A DNA stretch of 64,000 nt from Felis catus. Lineage: Eukaryota. The notes beneath the pieces were generated by a model. The model was not told the DNA's origin. It ran no database searches and saw only the letters and a list, made by a program, of their open reading frames with translations. Both the position numbers and the translations under genes were made by a program. Location: contig NC_058368.1 in the NCBI RefSeq assembly GCF_018350175.1, positions 141,920,001 through 141,984,000 on the forward strand. Reading direction: 5' to 3'. Below are positions 13,606 to 25,539 of this stretch, one piece after another; position 1 is the first letter of the stretch; every line of letters starts with the position of its first letter.

Positions 13606-15439
13606 TTATTCCCCACTTTTATGTTCAATGTATAAAGCATAATTTTACCCATTTTCACAATTCAAAGCATAATTTTACTATTTTAAATGATTACAGAGGT
13701 TTGAAGATAATGTACCTCTAGTGTTGGTCCTAAGTATACTTTATTTGATGCTGGGTGCTCAATTATAACACTGTTCCTGCAAATACAGCAGTCTCATTGG
13801 AGCACACTGTGGTGATAAGTGGAGGTTACCAATATTAATATTTGTTGGTTTCAGGATAACACTTGACTAGAAATTTTCTATTATATGTATGTGTAATTGT
13901 AAACAAATAAAAAAATACCGTATTTCCAAAAGGCACACAAAAGAACAACTTATTAATTAGAAGGACTTCTATGAAACAATCAGTCATTTGCAGAATATCT
14001 AGTTTAAGGTAAAAGCATTACTTCCCATTAAATATTAAAACTTAAAAAAACTTATAAATGCAGGATCCTATAAAATACAATATTTGAAAACATTAGTTCT
14101 GATTTAATTATTTAACTATAATGTTCAAAAAATTAAAAAGCTAGCTGCATCATAAGCAAATGATATGGGTTATCTTCACTATGATTCTTGAGGCGGTAAT
14201 TAGTTCAGTAACTGTAATAACTCTAAAATAAAAAGCCTCCTTCTAGAGTTAACAGAACAAAAAGCATCAAGTAACAATGAGATAATCCTCTACAAATCTT
14301 TACACAGCATATGTTTAAATAATAAAAGTCGTTTGTGTACTTTTTAGATGGTTTATGAAAATAACCAATCAATTCTGCAGACACAACATTATTTCTAAAG
14401 GAAATCTATGTGACTCATGATGCCTGTAGATACACAGAGACAAACCACACATATTTTATCAGTTTATTACAGTAAGCAAATAAGCGTGGAATGAGAGTGC
14501 ACATAACTGTCTACTTAGCGCTTACTGAAACATTTATAAGAGCTGTTATCTCCCTAATAACAGACAGACAGCGTGCAATTTTAGAGAGGAGAAAAGCTTC
14601 ATATTTTTTAACACTTCACTAAAAAGTAACTGAAGAGTGTAAAATGAAAAATACTCTGTGCAGTTAGCTGGTAATGGACCATATTATCAACTCAAGTTAG
14701 ATTTATAGGATACAAACTAGTCACTAATAGTTATTTTATGACATAGCATGTCTGCTTTTTTTTGAGATTATTAAGATTAAAGTTGTAAAACTTCTTTTGA
14801 ACATAGCCGTTCAAAATGATTGAATTATAAAATTTAAATGAGAATTGAAAAATAAAACACAGAATATCAAGTAAGTGCCTAAGAATAAACCTTGTTCAAC
14901 ATATGCATTACTATTTCAAAGATAACACTTCCATGTAAAGCTTTATAAAACAATGTTTTTCAGCTTTTTATGCTTTAATCCACACTTAGTCACTTAATCA
15001 TTTTTAAGTATTATCAATCTATTCTGTTTTTGGACTTCAAAAATATGAAGATCTGTAGTATATAAAATACTCTGTTTTGTTTGGCTTATTTTTATAGCTG
15101 TATCTATTTAGATGTACAATTTATGAAAATGACCAGAAAATAGGTACAACAGAGATACAGTTTCACGTTTAAAATTAGTATTTTAACCAATGTCTCATGT
15201 GATAAGAGCTGTAATGCAGAAAGCTATAGTATTGTTTTATTTACCCAGTAAACTGTAGAAAGTGAGTCTATTTTACCTTTAACCCAAAGTATTGACACAA
15301 TTACCTAGTATAGATAAAAAAAAAAGCGTGGGGGAGGACAAATTTCCTTAACTCTTAGTACTAACTATAAACATAACTCAAGGAAATACATGTCTATCTT
15401 CCATAAAATACTGATTTTTTTTTTAAAGTTTCATTTATC

Positions 15440-15669
15440 AGGGTGCCTGGGTGGCTCAGTCGGTTGAGCCTCCGACTTCAGCTCAGGTCACGATTTCGCA
15501 GTCTGTGAGTTCGAGCCCCACGTCGGGCTGTGGGCTGATGGCTCGGAGCCTGGAGCCTGCTTCCGATTCTGTGTCTCCCTCTCTCTCTGCCCCTCCCCCG
15601 TTCATGCTCTGTCTCTCTCTGTCTCAAAAATAAATAAACGTAAAAAAAAAAAAAAATTAAAAGAAAAAT
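15440..15669 (+). mobile_element. CanSINE nested in the tail of an older, oppositely oriented SINE
   Basis: TSD aaagtttcatttatc at 15425-15439 and 15670-15684. Confidence 0.93.
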
Positions 15670-15684
15670 AAAGTTTCATTTATC

Positions 15685-15842
15685 TATTTTGAGAGGGAGT
15701 GAAAGAGAGAGAGAATCCCAAGCAGGCTCTGCACAGTCAGCACAGTGCCTGATGCAGGGCTGGAACCCATGAACCATGAGATCATGACCTGAGCTGAAAC
15801 CAAGAGTCAGATGCTTAGCTTAGTGAGCCACCCAGGTGCCCC
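15685..15842 (-). mobile_element. Older CanSINE body (its T tail begins near 15414 and is split by the nested SINE)
   Basis: gagaatcccaagcaggctctgcac...gccacccaggtgcccc. Confidence 0.88.
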
Positions 15843-16106
15843 CATCAAATATTACTTTAAATAAATGGCTTATAAGCCTAAAGCTAACCTCCTCCTTACA
15901 TATGTAAATTTAGGTATTCTAGAAAGTAATCATGTTCATTTCTCATATTTTATTTTACAATCAGTATATATTATTAAAAACGAGACTTTTTTACCTTTTA
16001 TTTTGGTAATAATCAATATATATTATAAAAAATATATTTGCAGAAATATCTGAATACATTGTCAACAAACATTTAATGAGTATCTTACTTCATGCATGGT
16101 GTTAAG

Positions 16107-16293
16107 CAGACATTAGCAAACTCAACCGTTGGACCAAATCCAGTCCACTGTCATTGGAACACAGTCATATTCCTTCATTTATATATTGTCTATGCCTGCT
16201 TTGTACTCCGGTGGTAAAGCTGAGGGGCTGTGGCTTGCAAAGCTGAAAATATTTACTATCTGGCCTGTTACAAAAAAAGTCTGCTGACCCCCT
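16107..16293 (+). mobile_element. MER58A-like MITE
   Basis: attggaacacagtcatattccttcatttatatattgtctatg...aaaatatttactatctggcctgttacaaaaaaagtctgctgacccc. Confidence 0.8.
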
Positions 16294-16944
16294 ATTATAG
16301 GATGCATTCAGTTCATATGGATGTTGAGATGAAGGGGAAATTACTTTCTAATAATATCCCATTCTTTCTCCTCTTCAAAGGTAAATCTATAAGCTTCACT
16401 GTCAATACATTTAATGCTTTTTATAAATCTGAAATCCAGAACGATGCTCATGTTCTTTTACTTACCACTTTCATGAAAAAATAGTTTCAGAACCATGGAT
16501 AGACATGTTATTCTATTCTTAGGTATGTTATGCTACTTTTTTTTTTTTTTAATTTCCTTTCTTACTTTTGGTTTAAGGGTGCTAAGTGTTTTCAAAGTGT
16601 TTAGCAAAAATGGTTACAATAAATTTCATTAGAACCAGATTTTACGTAAGTACAAAACAATTATGTGTTGTGTTATCTAACAGATATGATAATCGTATGA
16701 TCTTAATAGTTCTGTTCCTTTCTCTGATAATATCTATGACATAATATAAAAAAGAAAATGTTAGTGCCCTCTTCCATTGTGAACAAGCTCAGAACCTTGC
16801 ATTATTTTCGATACCTTCTTTATTTCCAGCAATTAGTTGACAAGTTTGAAGTCCCTTGTTTTCATTTCGTTCTTTCCTGTCCATCTATCACCAGCTTAGG
16901 TCACGTCATCATTCACACTTAAAGCATTTTTTAAAACATTTATA

Positions 16945-17164
16945 GGGGCGCCTGGGTGGCGCAATCGGTTAAGCGTCCGACTTCAGCCAGGTCACAATCT
17001 CGCGGTCCGTGAGTTCGAGCCCCGCGTCGGGCTCTGGGCTGATGGCTCAGAGCCTGGAGCCTGTTTCCGATTCTGTGTCTCCCTCTCTCTCTGCCCCTCC
17101 CCCGTTCATGCTCTGTCTCTCTCTGTCCCCAAAATAAATAAACATTGAAAAAAAAATTTAAAAA
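16945..17164 (+). mobile_element. Young SINEC_Fc-type CanSINE
   Basis: ggggcgcctgggtggcgcaatcggttaagcg; TSD aaa(a/c)catttata. Confidence 0.95.
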
Positions 17165-17341
17165 AAACCATTTATATAAAATAGCAAAAGTAATGTAAGT
17201 TTATTGAAAATAATTTCAAACTATGTGGACAAATAAATAAAATCCCCCTCAGATTTAACCATAATTAACAATTTGGTGTCCTTCCTAATCTTTTCCTCTC
17301 TTACTTCTGCTTGTCCATTCAACTTGGTCTCCTTGTCTTTA

Positions 17342-17359
17342 TTTTTTAAGTTTATTTAT

Positions 17360-17404
<45 letters not shown>

Positions 17405-17527
17405 CCCAAGGAGGCACCACACTGTCAGCACAGAGTTCAACACGGGGCTCAAACCCACAAACCGTGAGATTATGACCTGAGCCAAAATCAAGAGTTGTAT
17501 GCTTAACCGACTGAGCTACCCAGGCTC
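17342..17527 (-). mobile_element. CanSINE with long (GA)n
   Basis: TSD cttggtctcctt(g/t)tcttta. Confidence 0.9.
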
Positions 17528-17649
17528 CTTGGTCTCCTTTTCTTTAGATTTATTATACTCCAATCTGCACCACACATTTTCCTAGAGTAGAAAAATCATT
17601 TTCCTGAAGTGCTCAACCCCCTATGTGCTCAGCAAACTGGGGAAAGTGC

Positions 17650-17800
17650 CAGGTTTTGAAGCCAGATCGACTTGAACTGAAACTCTGGCTGTGCAGCCTA
17701 ACAACTCTTAACCCTATGACACTAGAAAAATTATGCTCTAGATCTCAATTTTCACATCTGTGAAATGGGGAAACTGCTACTTATCTTTCAGGTTGTTATA
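17650..17800 (+). mobile_element. MIR fragment
   Basis: ctcaattttcacatctgtgaaatggggaaa MIR core. Confidence 0.6.
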
Positions 17801-19209
17801 AACCTAGGCCCAACATAAAAAAAAAAATCCAAAGGAGTGAAGGGCCTGAGAAACATGACAGGAACAAGTAAGGAGGTAAGACAAGATTTCAGAGTTGAAA
17901 GTACCAAAAGAGTGTGTAGGGCTGAAATCTAGTGCAGGTGAAAGTTACCAGAACTGAACAGATGAACATGCTGTGACGTTACAGCTGTACAGGTTGTTAA
18001 GATGTACATGGAGATCTCCCAGATAATGGTGGGCTGGAGAAATTATATGTAAGATGCCAAGATCTTCACTGAACACGGGTAGTGATTAAGAGATTCCAAG
18101 ATGAGAATGACGAGGAAGGGAAGAAGGTAAGATGGGTTGGAGGTCAAAACAGGAAGGAGTATGAGGATGACAAGGGAATGACCTAGAAGTAACACTTGGG
18201 AGCCTCACGCAAATAATCTTGCTGGTAATAAGTGATTTTGTCAAAGACAGAATTATAGAGCATTATGAGTGAGGTCATGCTGAGAATGCTTCCAGTAGGA
18301 CAATGAGACAGAAATGGTGGTTCTCAGAGAGAAACTAGGCTATATAATATTACTTTGTAAAAGTACGTGAGAGAAATTAGTAGCTGTTCTACATATTTTA
18401 CAGAGGGGACCACTCCATCTACACATTGGCCATGCTACTTCCACTTAAATGAACTGTAACTTAGGGGACAGAGGGATATGGATCTCATCTAGATGAAGTC
18501 CTAGAGGAAGGAAAAGAAGTATGTCTTCGTTGATGTACAAATTGGAAAGGCAGTTTTATTATGGCTACTTTAATTTTAAATAACAGGTCCCTCTAGGAAT
18601 GCCGTCTCCAAATCTGATGGAGGTAGAAAGCATCCTTTCACATCACAGATGCCAGACATACTCTAAGTTGCTGAGGAATTCCTGACACAGGGTGAGGATG
18701 GGAAATAGTCCTTTGAGACCTAAGAACACACACACACACATTTTTTTTTTCTGATCTGTGCATAAATATTTTAAATTCTTCAGCTAGGAAGTAGGAATGG
18801 GAAGGAAAACTTGATTTATGACGCAGGAATCCAAGAGTCTTTGGAGTTCACGTCTGTGGTAGCAAAGCCCCCTGATGAGCCACCCTTCTCTTCATGAAAG
18901 GAATTTGACTATGAATTTTTCTGGATCAAATCCTGGGATTAGGGTCTAGATGGCACTGGCTCATGTATTGTCAGCTTATACCTATTTTTGGCATGTGAAC
19001 CTTCTTTCTTCAGAAGCAACAAAGGCTATGACTTATTGTCAAGCAGAGTTATGGTTAGCAGTGGTTAAGAAAGAAAACACTCGATTTTAAGTTAGAAGAC
19101 CTTCAAGTTACTTGATGAGAAGAAAATCATTTAGCTTCTCTGGGCTTGAATTTGCAAAATAAAGGGTAACACTACCTAACTCATTAGATTTTAAAAGGAC
19201 ATAGTGAGA

Positions 19210-19404
19210 GGGGTGCCTGGATGGCTCAGTCGGTTGAGCGTCAGACTCATGATTTCGGCTTAGGTCATGATCTCACCATTTGTGGGTTTGAGTTCTACAA
19301 CAGGCTCTGCGCTGGGCATGGAGACTTCTTAAGATTCCCTTTCTCCCTCTCCCTCTCCCCTGATTGTTCTTTCTTCCTCTCTCTCTCAAAAAAAAAAAAA
19401 AAAA
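19210..19404 (+). mobile_element. CanSINE inserted into a MIR remnant
   Basis: Head ggggtgcctggatggctcagtcggttgagcg, poly(A) tail; degenerate TSD aaaa.ga.atagt.ag. Confidence 0.9.
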
Positions 19405-20498
19405 AAAAGATATAGTCAGTTACTGCATATGTAAGTATTTTGTAGATAAAAGTGCTCTTTAATTATTATTAAAGTTAATGTTTATTTGCACAAGTGAAAA
19501 AAATAGTGGCAGGACTAAGATTGGAATTTAATATTTTTAAATGTCATTTCTATCAAGCAATAAGCTACAATTCCTTTCTTAATAAATACAAAATACTCCT
19601 TATGATAAAAGGAAAAAAAAAAGATCAGCGTGCAAACTGGTGGGAGATTTTTTTCTCATCTTCAGAGAACTACAGGAAGTGGCAGAACCAGTATTTATTA
19701 TTTCTTTCCAAAGATGATTAATAATTGAGGGAACTATCTTAAATATGATATTAATTGTGAATCAGTATCGTTAGTCAAAAGAACTTTTGAAAGCAAATCA
19801 GTAAAATGAGATTAGAATTATGCTTAAAATATCAGTTCTCTAATAAACTAGGTATGTGTAAGTGGATTTCAAGTGATAATTTCATAAGCACATCAAAAAG
19901 AAAAGGAATCTCAAGAGATCTGAATGCTATAACATCAGAGGAAGACTAACTACTATGCTGAGATATTTTATATTTATTTCATCAGTGTTACAGCGTTAAT
20001 AAAACCTCTACTATCGACACAGCTATCTTCAGCACTGAAATTAGAGAATCCCACTTTTATTCTAGTTATAAGGAATTAACTCCTAGAATTTGAACATGTT
20101 GAAAAGAACAATGCAGAATATCACTTAAAAAAACAAAAACAACAACAGAAAACAATGAAGGTAACCTAAGGCACCTGGATAGGACACTAGGCGAGATGGT
20201 AAGTTGGAGTTTCAACTCAGCCATACACTGGTAGTGAGACCTTACCTAAATCATGTCACTTAGCTTGTTTTTCCTTTTCTGTAAATTGGAGCTAATTATA
20301 CATATCCTGTCTGTTTCACTGAGTTCTTGTGAGGATAAAATGAGATTGTATATGTGAAACTGATTTTTAAACTGTTCAATAAAGGCATTATTGGGATTAT
20401 TAGTAAATTGAGTTTTCAGTCAACGTTAAAACACCAATCTGTCAGATAACATAGGGTCATCAGGTTAGAAGTACATATCAAAAAGCTGAATCACCATT

Positions 20499-20839
20499 GG
20501 AGAAGGGCTTTTAAAACAATATTGCTGTATTTATTGATAGTACCATCCAAAGGCCTTTTAAAAAGTAATCCCTTCCCCCATGTCCTTTTTCCCCCCTCTC
20601 TGTTAGTTGTGGGTGAAGAGGACCGTTCTCTAAAAGGTTTCTAAATGATGTTGATGTTAAAAAATATAGTATCACCATTTAACAGCCTTTTAAAGAACAG
20701 TCCCTAGTACAGTCTTTGTTAACAACTGAGGGAGGAAGGGACTATTTTTTCAAAGGCTTTTAGAGGATGTTGTTAAAAGAATATATAGTGACATCATTTA
20801 AAAGCCTTTTAAATAATAGTTCTTCTTCCCTCCCAATTG
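20499..20839. repeat. Tandem array of three diverged ~120-bp palindromic units
   Basis: Each unit has a left arm aa(a/g)gg(c/t)ttt.ta and a right arm cat..a.aagccttttaaa..a.agt.cc; arms are reverse complements (see findings). Confidence 0.8.
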
Positions 20840-22119
20840 TAATGTCCTTGGCTTTCATTTATTTTGTACTACAAGCTGAAAATGGACATGCCAACATATT
20901 ATTGGCCACGGCAGGCATTTGTTGGATGGAGAACGATGTATTGCTTTTAAAAAGGTCGCTGTCCAGAAATAAATCCAATTCTTTAAGAACATAGTACCAT
21001 TTCTACACAGGATATTGCCCACCTACCTTATCATTGAGTTGTAGTATCTTTTGCTTGTTTTCTCTGAATTTATTGAAGAAGATATCATGAAAACAGGAAA
21101 GAAGTCATAGGTAAGTCATTCCAAGATTTCCTGTGGCGTGAATATAGTCCTACCATCCATCCATCCACCGCTGCTTGAGTTAACTCTCCACTCAACTTAC
21201 AACAAAACCTAACTTTAGCTCCTATTCTGTCTTTATTAAATTATTTATGCCCACTATTCCTCTCATTTTAGACTTTACTCCACCAGGAGATAGCAGTGGA
21301 CACTTAGGGATCCTCTTCACATTCCACTCCCAACGACAGGACAAATTAAGTCAATCATTTAGTTTAAACACAAAGTCAGACAGCCAGTAAGCTTTGAGAA
21401 GATTAGCTCTGACTATCTTTCACATAAAAAAAGAACTAATTCCAGTGGTATAATTATAGGATATGAAACAATTTTCCGTCTCTTCTTGCGTTGAGTCTTT
21501 TCAGAAAACTGTCATTTTAAGAACAGATATTCCTACACCTAAAACACTTTGATGAAAAAAAAACACAAGCCTTTAAAAAGTCTAAAAGCACAGCCCTCCA
21601 AATATACTGTATTTCAATTCTAAATTTTAGTGTGCCCCTCATTTTTTGCCAGTCTTGCACACAGAACTCACTTGTTAGCTCTTCATAACTAAGTCACAGT
21701 AAATCATCTGATTTAAAATATCAAATACTACCCCCCAACAAATTGCTCAGTTCAAGCCTCAATTTGTCCACACAATTCTTCCTGAACCTACTCCAGCCCA
21801 TAATATAAGCCACAGTTGATTTTGACATTTCCTATAATTTACTTTTCATATTATTACTTTTATGCATTTCATGTTATAATGACTTTATTTTTACGCATTA
21901 GGTAAAAATTACCCAAGTGCTAAGCCTGGGCAATAATTTCTTTTGTTTTTTTTTTACATAATTTCTAAAAAAATATAAGTATTTTTTTTTCACAAAAGGC
22001 TTATGCAGTGACTCAGTTTCGAAAGCTTTTTAGCTTCCAGCCCTTGAATGGGAAATGTCACCATGTCTGGCAGTAGTTTCTCATTCATTCCCCAAAAAAC
22101 AGTACTGAAATACAAAAAA

Positions 22120-22123
22120 TACA

Positions 22124-22170
<47 letters not shown>
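22120..22170. repeat. (CA)n microsatellite
   Basis: CA run with one interruption. Confidence 0.95.
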
Positions 22171-22172
<2 letters not shown>

Positions 22173-22275
22173 TCTGAATTGTGTTGCCTTAACAGCACAA
22201 GTGAGCTATTTGTGCCTAAATTATATTTGTGCCTAAATCATATTTGGTATTTGATAGGAAACAGTTAAATATTTT

Positions 22276-22470
22276 AATATTTATTTTTAAGTATTTTTTG
22301 GGGGAGAGTGCAAGTGGGGGAGGGTCAAAGAGAGGGAGATAGAGGATCCAAACTGGGCTCTGTGCTGACAGGGTGACCGCAGCAAGCCTGATGTGGGGCT
22401 CGAACTCATGAACCATGAGATCATAACCTGAGCTGAAGTCGGATACTCAACCAAGCCACACAGGTGCCCC
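22276..22470 (-). mobile_element. CanSINE
   Basis: Head on the - strand ending ...caggtgcccc; TSD aaatatttta. Confidence 0.88.
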
Positions 22471-23019
22471 TAAAATATTTTAAAAACTGAAAAAAACTTC
22501 ATGCCATTTGAAATGTTTTCATGATCTATTGAGATAAATTAATGTTTCACTGAGAAATACTACCGTAATTTTGATTCTCATAAATGAAGGTTGTTAAGAT
22601 ACTGAAATAAAAATTCTAACTTAAAGAAACATCAAAAAGGTAACAATAGGAAGATATAAATATAGAAAATTTAATCTAACATGACTGATCTGAAATTTTG
22701 ACTTTCTTTTAATTTGAGTGGTTATGACTAGAGTTTAAGTAAAACTGCCTGCTGCAAATAAGAATTGCTTGGTTGGGCAGCTGGTCATAAACTCCACAGC
22801 AGGGCTCCATCTGAATTCTAGAAATAATAGTGAGTGATCACCATGGTACAACCAATATCAAGATGAAAGAGGACATGCTTATGTGTGGTGCTAGGCTCTG
22901 GTTTTCCATCAGAATGATCTCCACGAATGCCCACGGCCCTACCCTTCCTCCCCTCTGGCATTTCACTGGTGAGGTATGAGTATCTGAGTCATTTTTCTCT
23001 TTACAGGTTCTACAAGTGA

Positions 23020-23499
23020 GGTGGTATACAGAATAATGGCCCCCAAAGATATCCAAGTCCTACCCCATAGAACCTATAAATATGTAACATGCATGATTAG
23101 GGGGAATTAAGGTTGCTAATCAGCTGATTTTGAGATGGGGAGATTCTCCTGATTATCCAGGTGGGCCAGGGTCATCATACAGGTCTTGTAAGGATAAGTT
23201 AAGGAGGAAGGAGAGTCAGTGTTAGAGTGACACAGTGTGAGTACAACTCCACCAGTCATTCTGTGGAAGATGGAAGGGGCTATGGAGCCAAGGAATGTGA
23301 GCAGTCTCTAAGAGTGGGGAAAAGTCAAGAAAAAGGATTCTGAGAGCCTTCAGAAAGAACACGGCCATGCTGATACCTTAATTTTAGCTCAGTGAGGCCC
23401 ATTTTGGACTTCTGAACTGTAAGATAATAATCAATTTGCATTGCTAAAAGCTACCCAGTTTCTGGTAATGTATTACAGCAGCAATAAGAAACCAATAAA
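23020..23499 (+). mobile_element. Solo MaLR LTR, MLT1D-like
   Basis: cagaataatggcccccaaagatatcc...aattaaggttgctaatcagctga...gagccaaggaatg...ttacagcagcaataagaaaccaata. Confidence 0.85.
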
Positions 23500-25539
23500 G
23501 GTAATTGTGATATCTAGTTAAAAATTACTGTTTCAAATTCTTGTGTCGTAAAACCTATCTGTGGAGTCTATGGTATATGTTTGTCTGCATACATCTTTCA
23601 ATGGCTGATCTGTGGTTTGAGAGGCATCAAAAATTCTGCCTTCCCTATAGTATATTCTCACTAGATTTAAGTTTCAAGTAGCAAAGACACCAATAAATTT
23701 AAGTGGCTCTCAAACCTGGATAGTTATTTGTCACAATCATTTAGAGGACTGGTTTTTAAAAATTCCCTCTCCTAAATACCCCTGACATATTTTTAATGAT
23801 CACATTGAGTTGGTTTTGATGCATTTGGTTAAATGATAGGTACTGAGAACCAATGAAAAACTTAAAAGAGGAACTGTCTTCGAAAGGCTCCAATTTAACA
23901 TACTGCATATTATCTGAGACTATCTCTTAATCTTCTTTAGTTCTTATTTATAAGTCTTCCTGATAATAGATGCATATAGGAACATTTTATCTGAGTTCTA
24001 CAGAAGCAAAAGGGGATTTTTTAAACTAGTAGTAGTCACAGACATTTGGCACAAAGCAGAGAAGTTTCAAAGGGGAAAAAGGAAAGAACAAGAAAAATAT
24101 GAGAGGGTTTCGGTGGGGCAGAACAAGTTTAGGATAATGAAAACCTCGGTTAGGGAAAGAGAGTGGGTAGGTATTAAAAGAGCAATAATCCTAAAGAAAC
24201 TCTCAAATGTTACATTTTTTTCTAGAGCCATCTTTCTCTGAAACAAACACAATAAAAAAGTCAGATTTTTAAAAAGGTTATGTACACTATGTCTCCGGAT
24301 CCAGATTCTTAAGCACTTTGCAACCATTTATGTCAAAGTTAATGTTATAATTGCTGGGATAAATAATGCAGGTGTACCCGAGGGTGCTTATGCAACGAAG
24401 AAAAGTGGAACCACCAGAAATATAAACAAATATAAGCAAATGCTGCTCAGAAAAAGCTCAATTCAAGTCTGTGTTGGTATGACAGAGACATGTGGAATGG
24501 CAAATTGTTTCTTGGTGGAAATTTCACATCTATACATCATATTAGAGAACACATTTAGCATTATAATCCAAGATAAAAGGATTCTTCTCTGAAGATTTGG
24601 CAGCAATAGTAATGCCTTCTCTCAAGTACCCAAGGCCTCTTATACAAACCTCCAATTCAGCTCTACTCATATATTACTGTACTCTTGTGTTTATGGTTTC
24701 CATTTCCATAGGACTCTTAAGATGTGCCTTAAATCTGTAACCATGGCTTATTTTTTTAAGTTGCTGCAGCTCATAGCAAAATGTTCGAATAGAGAAGATA
24801 CTCCATTCATGCTTATTAACAGAAATGTACAAGTTTAAAAAAACCCTTTCACTAAGAAAGCCAAAACCTCCAAAGTTCTCACTAGAAGCAAAAGAGAACT
24901 AGTTCGATCCATAGGTACTAAGTCTGCAAAGAATGTAAAGGACATTAACCTATATTCACTATTTTACCCAACTGTTCCTGGAGATCTGAGAGAACTGAGA
25001 AATTTCACACAATCATGATACATAATTCTGTTTAATCTGACTCCTACTCAGATCATTTCACTGCCTACTGATATGCAAAGCACCTTTTGGTTGATAGCGT
25101 TGAAATAAGTATTGAGCCACATATACATAAAAATACACTCCTATAAAGCACATAGATGAGTCTCAGAATCTACATAATCTGGTCAAGTTTAAAAACAGAT
25201 ATATTATGACTCCCTGTGCCCATTTATTGAAAGACTGGTGAACGGATAACATTCTCCAGATACGCATCATTCTTTTAAAAGTTAGCTGAAGGGCACTGGT
25301 ATCTAAGGAAGAAGCTGCTAAAGTAAGCCATATCTTAATTTTTGAGAGTTCCCTTTAAACTGTTTTACTTACTTCCTGAGTGTGTAAAATTAGCAAGCCA
25401 TTCAAACTTGTTGGTTGGTCCATCTACAGGTTTTACAAATGGAGCCATGTAAAATTTCCAATTCTTTTTTTTCAACGATTTGAGAACATTTTTGATTAAA
25501 ATCAAGTATAATTGTAGGTATAAGAGTAAATTGACTTGT

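Noticed and set aside
16945..17030. tRNA-like A/B boxes in SINE heads
   Set aside because: tRNA-derived SINE promoters, not tRNA genes
20499..20839. CRISPR-like reading of the palindromic array
   Set aside because: Eukaryotic intron, units ~120 bp and diverged, no unique spacers of fixed length, no cas genes
20880..20994. Peptide AGICWMENDVLLLKRSL faintly resembling the RTE-clade LINE motif WAGH..RM
   Set aside because: Too short and degenerate to call without an HMM search; worth checking together with the adjacent palindromes
21278..21298. CTCF-like ccaccaggagatagca
   Set aside because: Lacks the key GGC core positions; weak match
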